A stretch of 64,000 nucleotides of DNA from the human T2T-CHM13v2.0 reference genome, Homo sapiens. The DNA is taken from assembly GCF_009914755.1 (NCBI RefSeq), contig NC_060935.1. The stretch is one strand, 5' to 3'. A program made the position numbers and the translations under genes. Each line of letters begins with the position of its first letter. Position 1 is the first letter of the stretch. The notes under the pieces are model-generated. The model was not told the origin of the DNA and made no database searches. It worked only from the letters and a program-made list of their open reading frames with translations. Shown here in pieces: positions 29,076 to 44,089 of the stretch.

Positions 29076-29724
29076 ATGAGAAGTTCTGATCCAATGTGAA
29101 TGATAAAAAGCTCAGGAGACTGGCCTTGAACTGGTTAGAACAGTCTCCTTAATGCTGTGAATATAATCGAAGAAATAATCCAGTGATTAGGACCACAATA
29201 GAAACCTACTAAAATGAATTTCCATCTGGTTATATGAACCATATAGAATTATTTATTTAAATACTCAAATAATCTGTTGGAATAATGCCCTGGCTGCCTA
29301 GGATGGTCTACAAACAAGTCTTGAATGGACTCCAGTTTTTGAAGATCTTCCCCTCCCCTGTTCTTACCAGCCCAGGTATTCTCTCTTACTTACCTCTCCA
29401 GCTTCAAAGCCTTCTATTCCAATCATCCTGCTGATAATCCAGCAACACCCAACTGTTTTTAGTGTCCTTGCACACACTGTGTATGTCCTTGCCACCTTGT
29501 CTACTCTCTTAGTGGTCCCTCTACCTGAAAAACCTTCTTCTCTTGGATTACTTCTATCTAGTCAGGTCCTAGAAGTAAGGAAGCCTTTGCTTTTTCTTCT
29601 CTAGGAAGCCTTTGCTTTTTTTTCTTTGCAGTCCCAGAACTTGGGCACTTGGCACATACTAATTGTTTGATAAATTACTGAACTAAATTATACTAAATAC
29701 ATTTTCATTTTTGTTTAAAAAAAA

Positions 29725-30041
29725 TTTTTTTTTTTTTGAGACAGAGTTTCACTCTTGTCGCCCAGGCTGGAGTACAGTGGCACAATCTCAGCCCAATGCA
29801 ACCTCCGCCTCCCAGGTTCAAGCAATTCTCCGGCCTCAGCCGCACCCCCCCACCCCCACCCCCAATCGCCCCAGTAGCTGGGATTACAGGCACGTACCAC
29901 CACGCCCAGCTAATTTTTGTATTTTTGGTAGAGATGGGATTTCACCATGTTGGCCAGGCTGGTCTCAAACTCCTCAGGTGACCTGCCCGCCTCGGCCACC
30001 CAAAGTGCTGGGATTACAGACATGAGCCACTGCGCCCGGCC
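29725..30041 (-). mobile_element. Alu (AluS-like) with a C-rich insertion
   Basis: Full dimer; extra sequence at 29842-29872. Confidence 0.95.
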
Positions 30042-30091
30042 ATGAGCAGACTTTTAAAAGTCACCTTTTAGAAAATTTAAAGAATCATCTT

Positions 30092-30487
30092 ATTACAATG
30101 AACTGCATGCTTCTGCCTCACAATGCCCCAGCCCGCCCCACCACCCCAATTCACATGTTGGAATCCTAATCCCTAAAGTGACCGTATTAGGAGGTGGGTC
30201 CTTTGGGAGGTTATCAGGTCATGAGGGCAGAGTACTCATAAATTAGAGACATTATAATTAGAGACATTATAAAAGAAACCCTGAGGAGCTTCTTTCCCTC
30301 TTCAACCATGTGAGGACACAATGGAAGACATTGTCTATGAGGAAGTGGGCAATCACCAGACGCTGAATGTGTCAGTGCCTTGATCTTGGACTTGCCAGCC
30401 TCCAGAGCTTTTAGAAGTAAATGTCTGTTGCTTATAAACCACCCAGCTAAGGCTACTTTGTTATAGCAGCCTGAATGGACTAAGATA
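30092..30487 (+). mobile_element. MLT1A-type MaLR LTR
   Basis: aattcacatgttggaatcctaatcc...tttgttatagcagcctgaatggactaagata. Confidence 0.85.
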
Positions 30488-30741
30488 CTAATCAAGGATA
30501 GCAAATCACTTAAACATATTTACGAAGTTTAAATTTTTAAAAACTGCTAGGGTTACCCTATAGCTTAAAAAGAAAATTAATAATTGCTTGAGTTTTAAAG
30601 AGTTAAACTGCAGGATAATTATGGCAATACTATGTAAGTTTAAAATAATCTCGTCATTTAAACATTTGTAAATGGCTACCTTTTTGCAAATGGACTATAG
30701 TAAACAGAAATTATCTAGCTATGCTAAAGTAGGACAGAAGT

Positions 30742-32340
30742 CACCTTTGACAAAGGTGCCAAGAACATACACTGGAAAAAGTGCAGTTTCTTCAATAAAT
30801 GTTCTAGGAAAACTTGATATCCATATGCAGAAGAATGAAACTAGACCCCTATCTTTCTCAATATTTAAAAATGAAATCAAAATGGATTAAGGACTTAAAT
30901 ATGAGACCTGAAACTATAAAACTATTAGTAGAAAATATTGAGGAAATGCTCCAGGACATTGGTCTGGGCAAAGATTTCTTGAGCAAGACCTCAAAAGCAC
31001 AAGCAACCAAAGCAAAAACGGACAGAAGGGATCACATCAAGCTTAAAAGCTTTGACACAGCAAAGGAAACAATTAACAACATGAAGAAACAACTCACAGA
31101 ATGCGAGAAAATATGTGTAAACTACTCATCTGACAAGGGATTAATAACTAGAATATATAAGGAGCTCAAAGTCATATATGCTGGCATTCAGTTCTTTTTT
31201 TTTGTAAAATATGCTAAGTATCTACAGAAAAAAAGACAAGTGATAACAGACGCTGGGAAGGATGTGGAGAAAGGGAAGCCCTCACACATTGTTGGTAGGA
31301 ATGTAAATTAGTACAGCCCCCATAGAGAACAGTATGATAGTTCTTCAAAAAACTAAAAATAGAACTACCATATGATCTAGCAATCCCACTGCTGGCTATA
31401 TATCCAAAAGAAAGGAAATCAATGTATTGAAGAGATATCTGCACTCCCATGCTTATTATAGTAGCCAACATGCAGAATCAACCTAAGTGTCCATCAATCG
31501 ATGAATGCATTTAAAAAATGTGGTACATATACACAATGGAATATTATTCAGGGCTGGGCACAGTGGCTCATGCCTTTAATCCCAGCACTTTAGGAGGCCA
31601 AGGCAGGAAAGTCACTTGAGCTCAGGAGTTCGAGATGAGCCTGGGCAACATAGTGAGCCCTCACCTCTGCAAAAAATAAAACAAAAAATTAGCCAGGCCG
31701 GGTGGCGCATGTCTGTAGTCCCAGCTACTCAGGAGGATGAGGTGGCAGGATCGCTTGAGCCTAGGAGGTTGAGGCTGCAGTGAGCCAAGATTGTACCACT
31801 ACACCTCTTGGTAACAGAGCAAGACTCCGTCTTGAAAACAACAATAACAATGGAATACTATTCGGCCATACAAATAATGAAATCCTGCCATTCGTGGCAA
31901 CACGGTTGGTACTGGAGGACATTATGTTAAGCAAAATAAGCCAGGAACAGAAATTTAAACACTGCATGTTCTTACTCATATGTGGAAGCTAAAAAAACTG
32001 AACTCATGGAGATAGAGAAACAATAACGATTATCAGATACTGGAAAGGACAGTGGGAAGAGAAGTATAAAGAAGGGATGGTTAGTGGGTATAAAAATACA
32101 GTTAGAAGAACTAAGATCTAATATTTGGTAGCAAGATAGAGCAAGTATAGTTAACAATAATTTATTGTATACTTCAAAATAACAAGACTGGAATTGGAAT
32201 GTTCCTAACAAAAAGAAATGATAAACGTTTGAGGTGATGAGTATCCTAAGCACACATTATATGCTTGTATCAAAATTTCACATCTCCATAAATATTTACA
32301 ACTATTATGTATCCGTAAAAAGTAAAAATTAAAAAAATAA
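30742..32340 (+). mobile_element. L1MA-type 3' fragment (ORF2 C-terminus + 3'UTR), Alu-interrupted
   Basis: ORF 30814-31311 ([12 protein letters not shown]...KWIKDLN...[10 protein letters not shown]...IKLKSF) is the L1 ORF2 C-terminus; A-rich end ~32340. Confidence 0.92.
31552..31848 (+). mobile_element. AluJ inside L1
   Basis: Full dimer, TSD caatggaata(t/c)tattc. Confidence 0.93.
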
Positions 32341-32354
32341 AGGCAGAATCCTAA

Positions 32355-32688
<334 letters not shown>

Positions 32689-33611
32689 CAAGCACATGGA
32701 TTTTAATGAGAAGACTTGGTTTGTAGTCCTGGGTCTGCTACTTACTATATGTGTGGCACTTAAGCTCTGTGCTCAGTTTCTCCTCTGGTAACATGGGAAT
32801 AAAATATCTAGTAATTGCCACTACTATACTATATGTTTACTGGTAACAAGTGCTTTTGTATAAGCAACATTCAAGACCATACACAGTGGGTAAATGGAAT
32901 AGACATACTTTTCCCTATTCCCACCACTAAGTACAACTAAAATCCTTAGATATTACATATAAAACAAGCTTAAGAAGAATCTAAAAGGTGAAGAGTAGGC
33001 GGCAGATTTGCTAGGGACCCTGGAACCCAAGGAATGACACAGTGATAAATTCCATGAGTTTTCTTTATGCCTCATATATCTCAGACTTGGAGCTGAAGCA
33101 GTCAGCATGGCAGAAACACCAACCTGTGTAGACCAAAAAATTCCCAAAGAAAGTCTGCTCTCTCTAGCCAAAGGACTGGGAAAGGAGCAGCCTAGCAAGA
33201 GACGAAACTGCTAAACAATAACTGCTCTACTCCAGCCAAACACCGCAGAGCAAACTGTGGTCCAACCCTCACCCACAGCAGCAAAAACTGACTGACAACC
33301 TAGACTTCTACCCTTCAGAGGTTGTCATGAGGCCAGGTGACACCTGCTAGGGTGGTGTCAAAGAAAGCCAAGTAGAAAGCTATGATATGCATACCCAAAA
33401 ACTGGTAATAAGGCACCCATCCCTGTAGAGTCACTGGAGACCACATGGGAAGTTGGAACCTTAAACCATTCACAGGAGTAATGAGGACTACCTTCCTATC
33501 GGGAGTGTCAATGGAGGTGGAATGAAAAACCTGGACTTCAACTTCTACTTGAAAGTACTAAGGCAGTGTCCCCTTCCGATGATTGCAGCAGGGTCAGAGA
33601 AATCCAGATAA

Positions 33612-33955
<344 letters not shown>

Positions 33956-34554
33956 AAAAATGTCCAGGTTTTAATAGAAAACGACTCATTATACAAAGAA
34001 TGAGGAAGCTCTCAAATGGAATGAAAAAGACAATCGACAGATGCCAACACTGAGATAACAGAGCTGTTAGAATTATCTTTCAAAGATTTTAAAGAGTCAT
34101 CATAAAAATGCAGGTACAAACATGCTTGGAACAAATGGAAAATTGGAAAGCCTCCAAAAAGAAACAAAGTCTCAGTAAAAAAATAGAAGATGTAAAGAAA
34201 AACCAAATGGAATTTTAGAACTGAAAAATATAACCACCAAAATAAAAAAGTTCATCAGTGAGTTCAATGGCAGAATAGTGAGGACAGAGAAATAGAATCA
34301 GTGAATGGGAAAACAGGACAGTAGAAATAACCTAATATGAACAACACAGAGAAAACAGACTGAAAAAAAATGACCAGAGTCTACAGAAGCTATGGAACTA
34401 CAACAAAAGATCTAACAGTTTTGTCATTGGATTCTTGGAAGAAGAGAAGAAAGAGGGTAGGACTGAGAAAGTACTTGAAATAATGGGTGAAAACTTCTCA
34501 AATGTAGTAAGAAAGATTCAGTAGGTTTAGTGAGTTCCAAACAGGATAAACTCA

Positions 34555-34924
<370 letters not shown>

Positions 34925-34925
<1 letters not shown>

Positions 34926-34949
34926 AAGAAAGAAAGAAAGAAAGAAAGT

Positions 34950-34997
<48 letters not shown>

Positions 34998-35105
34998 GAT
35001 GGCATTTTCCGTCCCAAAAAGAAAGAAAGAAAGAAAGAAAGAAAAAGAAAGAAAGAAAGAAAGAGAGAGAAAGAAAGAAAGAAAAGAAAAGAAAGAAAAA
35101 GAGGG
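34925..35105. repeat. Compound (GAAA)n polypurine microsatellite
   Basis: Two GAAA tracts separated by atggcattttccgtccc. Confidence 0.95.
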
Positions 35106-35905
35106 CATTTTACCTCCTGAGGGAAAGCAATTGGAAAGACCATGGATTTTTCATTAGAAACCATGCAGGCCAGAAGGAAAGGATGCAGTATTTTACAGGT
35201 GCTCAAAGAAAAGAAGTGTCAACTAAATAATTCAATATCCAGTGAAAATATCAGAATGAAGGGGAAAATGAGACCTTCTCAGGTGAAGGAAAATAAAGAC
35301 AATTTATCACTGGCCAATCTACCCTAAAGAATGGCTAAAGGAAGTTCTCTAAACAGAAAGGAAATGAAAAAAAGAGGAACCTGAAAACATCAGCAAAGAA
35401 GAAAGCACATAGTAAACAAAAATGTAATTAAATAGTCTTTCCTTCTGAGTTTTCTAAATTAGGTTTAATGACTGAAGCAAAAATTATAGCACTGTCTGAT
35501 ATAAAAAAAATATTTAAGACAATTATATATGGAGGATGGCAAAAGGACATAAAGGGAGGTAAGGTTACTATACTTTACTTAAACTTGTAAAATGATGATA
35601 CAGACTTCATTTAGATTATAAGACGACACCAACTGACTGTTGTATGTACAGTATAATACCTAGAGCAACCACTAAAAAAGCTGTATAGAGAGATACACTC
35701 AAAAACACTATATAGATAAATCAAAATGGAATTCTAAAAAATATTCAAGAAACTCACAGGAAGGCAAGAAGAAAACAAAAACAGAACACAAACAAAAAAT
35801 AAAGTGGCAGAACTAAGCTCTAGCATATTAGAAATTATATTAAGTGTAAATTTAAATATACCAATTAAGACATAAATCAGCACAGTGGATTAAAAACATG
35901 CCCCA

Positions 35906-36293
35906 TGATATGGTTTGGGTATGTGTCCCTGCCCAAATCTGAGGTCAAATTGTCATCCCCAAATATTGGAGGTGGGGCCTGATGGGAAATGATTGGATTA
36001 TGGAGGTGGAGTTCCCCTTTGGTGCTGTTCTCATGATAGTGAGTGAGTTATTGTGAGATCTGGTTATTTAGAAGTGTGTAGTACCTCTCCCCTCACTCTC
36101 TTCCTCCTGCTCCAGCCATGTAAGATGTGCCTGCTTCTCCCTCACCTTCCGCCATGACTGTAAGTTTCCTGAGGCCTCCCCAGCCATGCTTCCTGTACAG
36201 CTTGTGGAACTGTGGGCCAATTAAACCTCTTTTCTTGATAAATTACCCAGTCTCAGGTAGTTCTTTACAGCAGTGCGAGAACGGATTAATACA
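35906..36293 (+). mobile_element. MSTA-type MaLR solo LTR
   Basis: tgatatggtttgg...ttaataca with perfect 5-bp TSD CCCCA (35901-35905 / 36294-36298). Confidence 0.93.
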
Positions 36294-36597
36294 CCCCAAC
36301 AATATGCCACCTATAAGATATCACTTCAAATACAATGATATGGGTAGGTTGAAAGTAAATTGATGGAAAAGATGTATCATGTGAATATCAATAAAAGGAA
36401 AGCAAGAATAACTATATCATCAGATATAGGCTATAATATATCAAGTAGCCCTCAGATACTTGTATAATATATCAGATAACAAGTAGACCTCAGAGCAAAA
36501 GAAATTACCAGAGACTCAGCAGGTATTATATAAAGATAAAAGGGTCATGCCACCAAGAAGATGTTGCAATTCTAAATGTGTATATATTGAACAACAG

Positions 36598-36905
36598 GGC
36601 TGGGTGCGGTGGCTCATGTCTGTAATCCCAGCACTTTGGGAGGCCGAGGCAGGCGGATGACCTGAGGTCAGGAGTTCGAGACCAGTCTGGCCAACATGGA
36701 GAAACCCTGTCTCTATTAAAAATACAAAATTAGCCGGGTGTGGTGGCGCATGCCTGTAATCCCAACTACTTGGGAGGCTGAGGCAGGAGAATTGCTTGCA
36801 CCCAGGAGGTGGAGGTTGCGGAGAGCTGAGATCATGCTATTGCACCTCCAGCCTGGGCAACAACAGCGGAACTCCATCTCCAAAAAAATAATAAAAAAAA
36901 TAAAA
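36598..36905 (+). mobile_element. Alu (AluS-like)
   Basis: Full dimer. Confidence 0.95.
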
Positions 36906-37516
36906 TATGTGAAACAAAAACAGATATAAGTGAAATGAGAAACAGAAATATTCACAATTATAGTTGGAAACTTCAACCCCTGTCTCTCAACAATCGACAG
37001 AAGAACTAGATAGAAAAATCAGCAAGGATATAAAAGAATTATATATATCACTATCAATCAAAAAGATATAATTGACATTTATGGAATACTTTACCCAATA
37101 ATAGCAGAATAAACATTCTTTTCAAAGTACCCATGGAACCTAAAGCAAGATAGACCACATTTTCAGCAATAAAATAAACCTTGACAAGTTAAAAATAATT
37201 GAAATCAAATAGAACTTACTCTACTCCCACAATGAATTCCAACTAAAAGACAGAAACAGAAAAATAATGGGAAAATCTCCAAACATTTGGAAACTAAACA
37301 ATGTACTTGTAAATAATCCATGGTCAAAGAGGAAAGTCTCAAGGAAAGTAAAAAAAATATATATATACTGAGCAAATAAAAATTGAAAATGCAATTTATC
37401 AAAATTAGTGGGACACAGCTAAAGCAGTGCTGAGAGGGAAATTCATAGCAGTAAATGAATACATTAAATAAGAGGAAAAGTCTCAAATGAATAAACTACT
37501 ATATAAAAAAATCAGA

Positions 37517-37831
<315 letters not shown>

Positions 37832-38161
37832 TCAGTATGCAAGAATAAGGGTTAAAAAAATAAAGCAGTGGACCCACTACAGACCCTGCAGACACTGAAA
37901 GCATAATACAGGATACTGTAACTCCACTCACATGTATGTAACAACTTAGACAAAATGGACCAATTTGTTGAAAAATGTAAACTTCTATAATTCAGCCAAT
38001 ATGAAGTAGATAATTTGAAGAACCCCGTATCTATTAAAGAAATTGGATTAAAAATGTAAAAAATTCCTAACAAAGACATTTCCAGATCCAGATGGTTTAA
38101 TCTGGAGAATTCTACCAAAGGTTTAAAGAATTATACCAGTTCTACACCATCTCTTCCAGAA

Positions 38162-38440
38162 GGCTAGACATGGTGGTTCACACCTATAATCGCAGCACTC
38201 TGGGAAGCCAAGGTGGGAGGACTGCTTAAGCTCCGGAGTGTGAGACCAGCCTGGGCAACGCAGGGAGACCCTGTCTCTACAAATAATAAAAAAAAAAATT
38301 AGCCAGGCACAGCAGTACGCAGCTGTCGTCCCAATTACTTGGGAGGCTGAGACAGTAGGATCACCTGAGCCCAGGAATTTGAGGCTGCAGTGAGCCATGA
38401 TTGTGCCACTGTCGCCAGCCTGTGTGACACAGCAAGATTC
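38162..38440 (+). mobile_element. AluJ with a G-rich tract in place of the A-tail
   Basis: Dimer followed by ggtgggggtggttggggggggggatggtgg. Confidence 0.9.
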
Positions 38441-39010
38441 TGGTGGGGGTGGTTGGGGGGGGGGATGGTGGAAGGAGAAGAAAATAAACGAAGGAAGAAA
38501 GACATATATAAATAAATGTAAAATAAATTCATGGACTGGAAGATTTAATATAGTAAAGCTGTAATTTCTTCCCAAATTGGTACACAGGATTAATGCACTT
38601 CCTATTAAAATCTCAGCAAGACTTTCTTTTTTTTGCATAAACAAGATTATTCTAAAATTTGTATTGAAAGGTAAAGATAATAGAATAGCTAAAACACTTT
38701 GAAAAATAAGAATAAAGTAGAGGAATCAGGCTACCAGATTTCAAGACTTACAATATAGCTAGAGTTGGCAAGATTCTATGGTATTTGCAGAGGGACAGAC
38801 ACATGGAAAAATGGACCAAAACAGAGACAACAGAAACAGACCCACACAAATACGTCCAACTGATTTTTGACAAAGACGGAAAAGCAATTCAATGGAAGTA
38901 GGATGGCTTTGTCAACAACAATGACAACAACAAAAGAACCTCAATCTAAGTCTCACATCTTACATGAAAATTAACTCACAGTGGATCACGGACTTAAAGG
39001 AAAAACATAA

Positions 39011-39445
<435 letters not shown>

Positions 39446-40189
39446 CCTATATATAAAATACTCAAATTCTTGAAGACATTTGACCAAAGAGGATATACAG
39501 ATGGCAAATAATCATATGAAAAGATGTTCAACATCATTAGCCATAAGGGAAATGTAAATGAGAACTAACGGGTGAATGGTTAAATAAACAGACTGTGTGG
39601 TACATCCATACCATGAAATACTACTTAGCAATAAAAAACAATAACTATTGATGCATGAAATGAGGATGAATCTCCAGAGAATTATGCTGAATAAAAAAAA
39701 GTTCAAAATCTTAAGTACTGCATGAATCCATTTAAATAACACACATGAAATATCAGAGAACAGATTAGTAGTTGTCACAGATTAAGGATGTGGTAGGGGT
39801 GGGATGGTAGTGAATACGATTATAAAAGGGCAACATAAAAAATCCTATCATGATGGAAATGCTCTGTATCTTGACTGTATCATTGTCAATATACTGTTGT
39901 GATACTGTACTATAATTTTGCAAGATGTTACCATTAAGGAAAACTGGATAATGGCTACATAAATCTTTGTTTACTATTTCTTACAACTAGATGTGCATGT
40001 AGAATTACCTCAAAATGAAATGTTTAATTTTTTTAAAAAGCCCAGGCTTTAGGACAAAGCTAGATGACTTTGGGTAAGTTGCTTCCCTTATTATAGGGCT
40101 AAATTACTACATTAAAAGATCAATGGTCTAAGCATAGTGCCTGGTACAAAGTAAGTGCTCAACAGATGGCTACTAAAATAATCCTAAAA

Positions 40190-41050
40190 GTCATGGCAGT
40201 GGGGATGAAGAAGCGTATAACAAGATATTTAGATGATACCACTAATGGGTTTTGGTGACAGATTAGATGTGGGATAGTGGGTGACGGGGAGTCAAAGATG
40301 ATGCCCAAGTTTCTCATCTGAGCAAGTAGGTGCTTAGTGGCACTGTTTACTGAGCAGATGTGGAGTGAAGAGATGAACAAAGAAGAGTTTAGTTTTGGAA
40401 GTGGTGAGTTTGTGTTGACTGGGAAACATTCAAATAGAGATGCCCAGTTAACAGTTGGATATGTAAGTCTGAAGTTCAGAACACAACTCTGAGATGGAAA
40501 TTTAACTTGATGACCACCATGCAAATGATAACTGAAGCCAGTAGAATGGACAAGGTTGCCAAAGGGGAGAAACCACACAGCCACTATGACTATAAAGGAG
40601 CTTCAACCTTTAAGGACTGGATAAAAGGGTCAGTCTAGCAAAGGAAATATAGAGTAGCCAGAAAAGGAGAAATAACAGGCATTTATAGTGTCAGCCAAGA
40701 TAAGAGGAAGGTGTTTTAAAAAAGAGTGGTCAACTATGACCAAGCAGTGAAGAGATTAATTAAAATGAGGAGTAAAAAATCATCCTCTGAGTTTAGTGAC
40801 CTGGGTATCGCTGGTGCCTTTGTCAGAATAGCTTTGGTGAATAACAAAGTAGGTTTCCACTGGAGCCGACTGAGAAGAAGGTGGGAGAAAGGAAGACTGC
40901 ATAAACCACCACCAAGTTTATCCCTGAAAAAAAGTAGGTAGTACAGAGAGGGAAAGAAGTTGAAGATGTGTTACAGGATAAGAATTATTTGAGTAGGGAG
41001 GAGAAGATATGATTCAAAGTATAAGTAGCAGGATTAGCTCAGATAGAAGT
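40190..41050 (-). mobile_element. L2 fragment
   Basis: Minus ORF 40159-40584 contains RNLGIIFDS, like the L2/CR1 post-RT motif RNLGVIxDS. Confidence 0.75.
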
Positions 41051-41097
41051 GGCACTTCATCTACTCTAAGAAAAGGAAACAAGAAAGGAACCATGCA

Positions 41098-41402
<305 letters not shown>

Positions 41403-42166
41403 GGAAGAAAGAAAGGAACTATGCAGATACAAGTAAATTTGAAAATGTGGCCATTCATCGTACGTACAGACAACTACTCCCTCATCATTTCAATTTTCCT
41501 TTGAAGGAGAAGGCAAAGCCATTGCTAAGACTGAAAGACTGGATTAATTTTTTTTTCTGTTTACTGGATTTTTATTCCAAGCACCTGATCCAGTGCCTGG
41601 GACATAGATTTAATAAGTATATTTAATAAATATAATGGAAATAAACAATTACTGTTACCTTAATGCAGTAGTTCTTTACAATTTGTGCACAACTTTCTTC
41701 AAGTTAGCCACTAGGGGGTAGTCTGCCAATCTTATTCCCTCAATCTTTTAATCCAGTGAAATTGATAGAAAACTACAATGCAGTGTAGGTCATATTAATA
41801 AAATGTTTTTCCTCAAGAAAATTCTGTTTAATAATTATATACATGTACGTGTGTATGCATTTGCATGCACGCGCATACACACACAAATACACTGAGGCAC
41901 GATGGGAGGGTTGTTACTTCTGCCGGCCTCCCACTGCAGCCATATCAGGATGCCCCAGAGGCAATAGTCAGCATTTTCCAGAGACACTTTTTGCAATTTC
42001 TCCAGGGCACTCAGTAAATAGCAGATAGGTCTCTTATACTTATACTTAATTAACTAGAAAAGGCTGATGAAAAAAATCCCTGAAAACTAATTGCTCAAAC
42101 ATTTGCCTTTGCTTCTTCTAAGATGTTTTTCCCCTCTACACCTTCCCGTCTTTCCGAATTAAGTAA

Positions 42167-42473
<307 letters not shown>

Positions 42474-44089
42474 TAAGTCAGTTTTTTAAAAAATCGTTTT
42501 AAATAGTTATAACCTAGTTCAACTACTTTTTCCCCTTATCACATATGCTCGATGTATTCTTATAATGAGGATTTCTCAATCTACAATATAACACGCCTAT
42601 GATGTATACCAGAAGCAGCAGCTACTTTGGGGTAAATATACAGCCATGGGGCTGGGAAATACTTTCCAAGCTTGGTTCTAATGAACTCGGGCCTCTACTG
42701 AAATAAGCAAACTAGCAGAGTTTTAACTTACAACAGGATGCAAAAATTCTGAATACCCCAAAAGAAAAGTAGATGTAAAGGCATACTGTTCCCCAGAGGC
42801 TTAAGGTTACACATATCACCAGTTTCAGTTAGGGGGAAACTGAACTTCCGAAGGGGCAGAGGCTTCCAGTCATGTAAGTGAACACATCACATCCTAACCT
42901 AAGAAAAGCTGTTACTTAAAGCTGTTAAGGTCTGACACCTGATGGGCTGAAGGTACATGGAAGATGGGAAAGAGAGGCTAAGGCCATCATACGACTAGAT
43001 TCGTTCAAATCAGTGAAAAAGGTGCTTGACCCAAATGCCTCCAAACCTGGTTATTTTGAACTAAAGTTGTTTGGGAACAAAAACACCCAAGAAATGGGTC
43101 ATAGAGTCTGGGTGAGAGTTCAAGGAGCGATAAGTCAAATGTAGATACAGTGTCATACTGTTTGCAAATTGTTTCAAAAACAACTTTCAAGGTTCTTTAG
43201 TGTATAGTGTTCAAACTTGAAAATTAAGGGTCACTTTTTTTTTTTTTTTTTTTACTGTGGACACTGTATTCCACTAGCTTGTATGGAAATCTATTTGTAT
43301 AGATAATTTTTGGAAGCTCTTCGGGACAAAGTTTTTAAATTATTTATAAAATTGTTAATAGTAAATCACTGCTCCTTAATCCTAATTAAAATATTCAACC
43401 TTCCTAACGAACTGATACAACCCTGAAGAGGAAAAAAGTTTATTTCTTAATAATTATACTTTGGCTACATAGACACTCCTAAAAATGAGCTTCCGAACTG
43501 AGATGAACAATTCACTGCTTCATTCCTCCTATAAATCCACGTCCACTTTCAAAACTCATGTGCTAAATCCTTAGATTTTTTTCCCCCAGCAAACATCTAC
43601 CTAAGAGCCTGATTTCATTGACACACACTTGTACTCCGCAACAACAACACTTCCTTTGAAAAACAGAATGTCACTTCCTCAGTCCAGAGGCCAGAAGTCC
43701 CTTGATTCTGATCTGGGGAGCCAAGACAGGAAATTCTGGTAGGCTTCTGCCTCTCCCCCCATGGACAGCCACTGGTGCAGCTGACAGAGGGCAGGGTCTA
43801 TTCCGAGCTCCCTTGATGCACTGCAGCTGGAGGCAACGGCTCCCTTCCAGGCTGTGGGAGTGATCCCGGAGTTCGGCACCACAGCCCGTTAAACAAGGGC
43901 ATTTCATGGGAAACGGAGAGGGAGCAGATGAGAGACCTTGAAACCTTCCAGCAACCTTACCCCCACTTCCAAACTCCCGCGACTACCCCAAGACCATTTC
44001 GGCCAAATCTCAGTAACTGGCACCATCTTGTACTTTGACCTCACCAGGCAAGGCATCCTCTGGGGAGAGGGGTTAAAAAAAAAAAAAAA

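Noticed and set aside
30814-31311. 165-aa ORF
   Set aside because: Fragment of the L1 ORF2 C-terminus with an internal break
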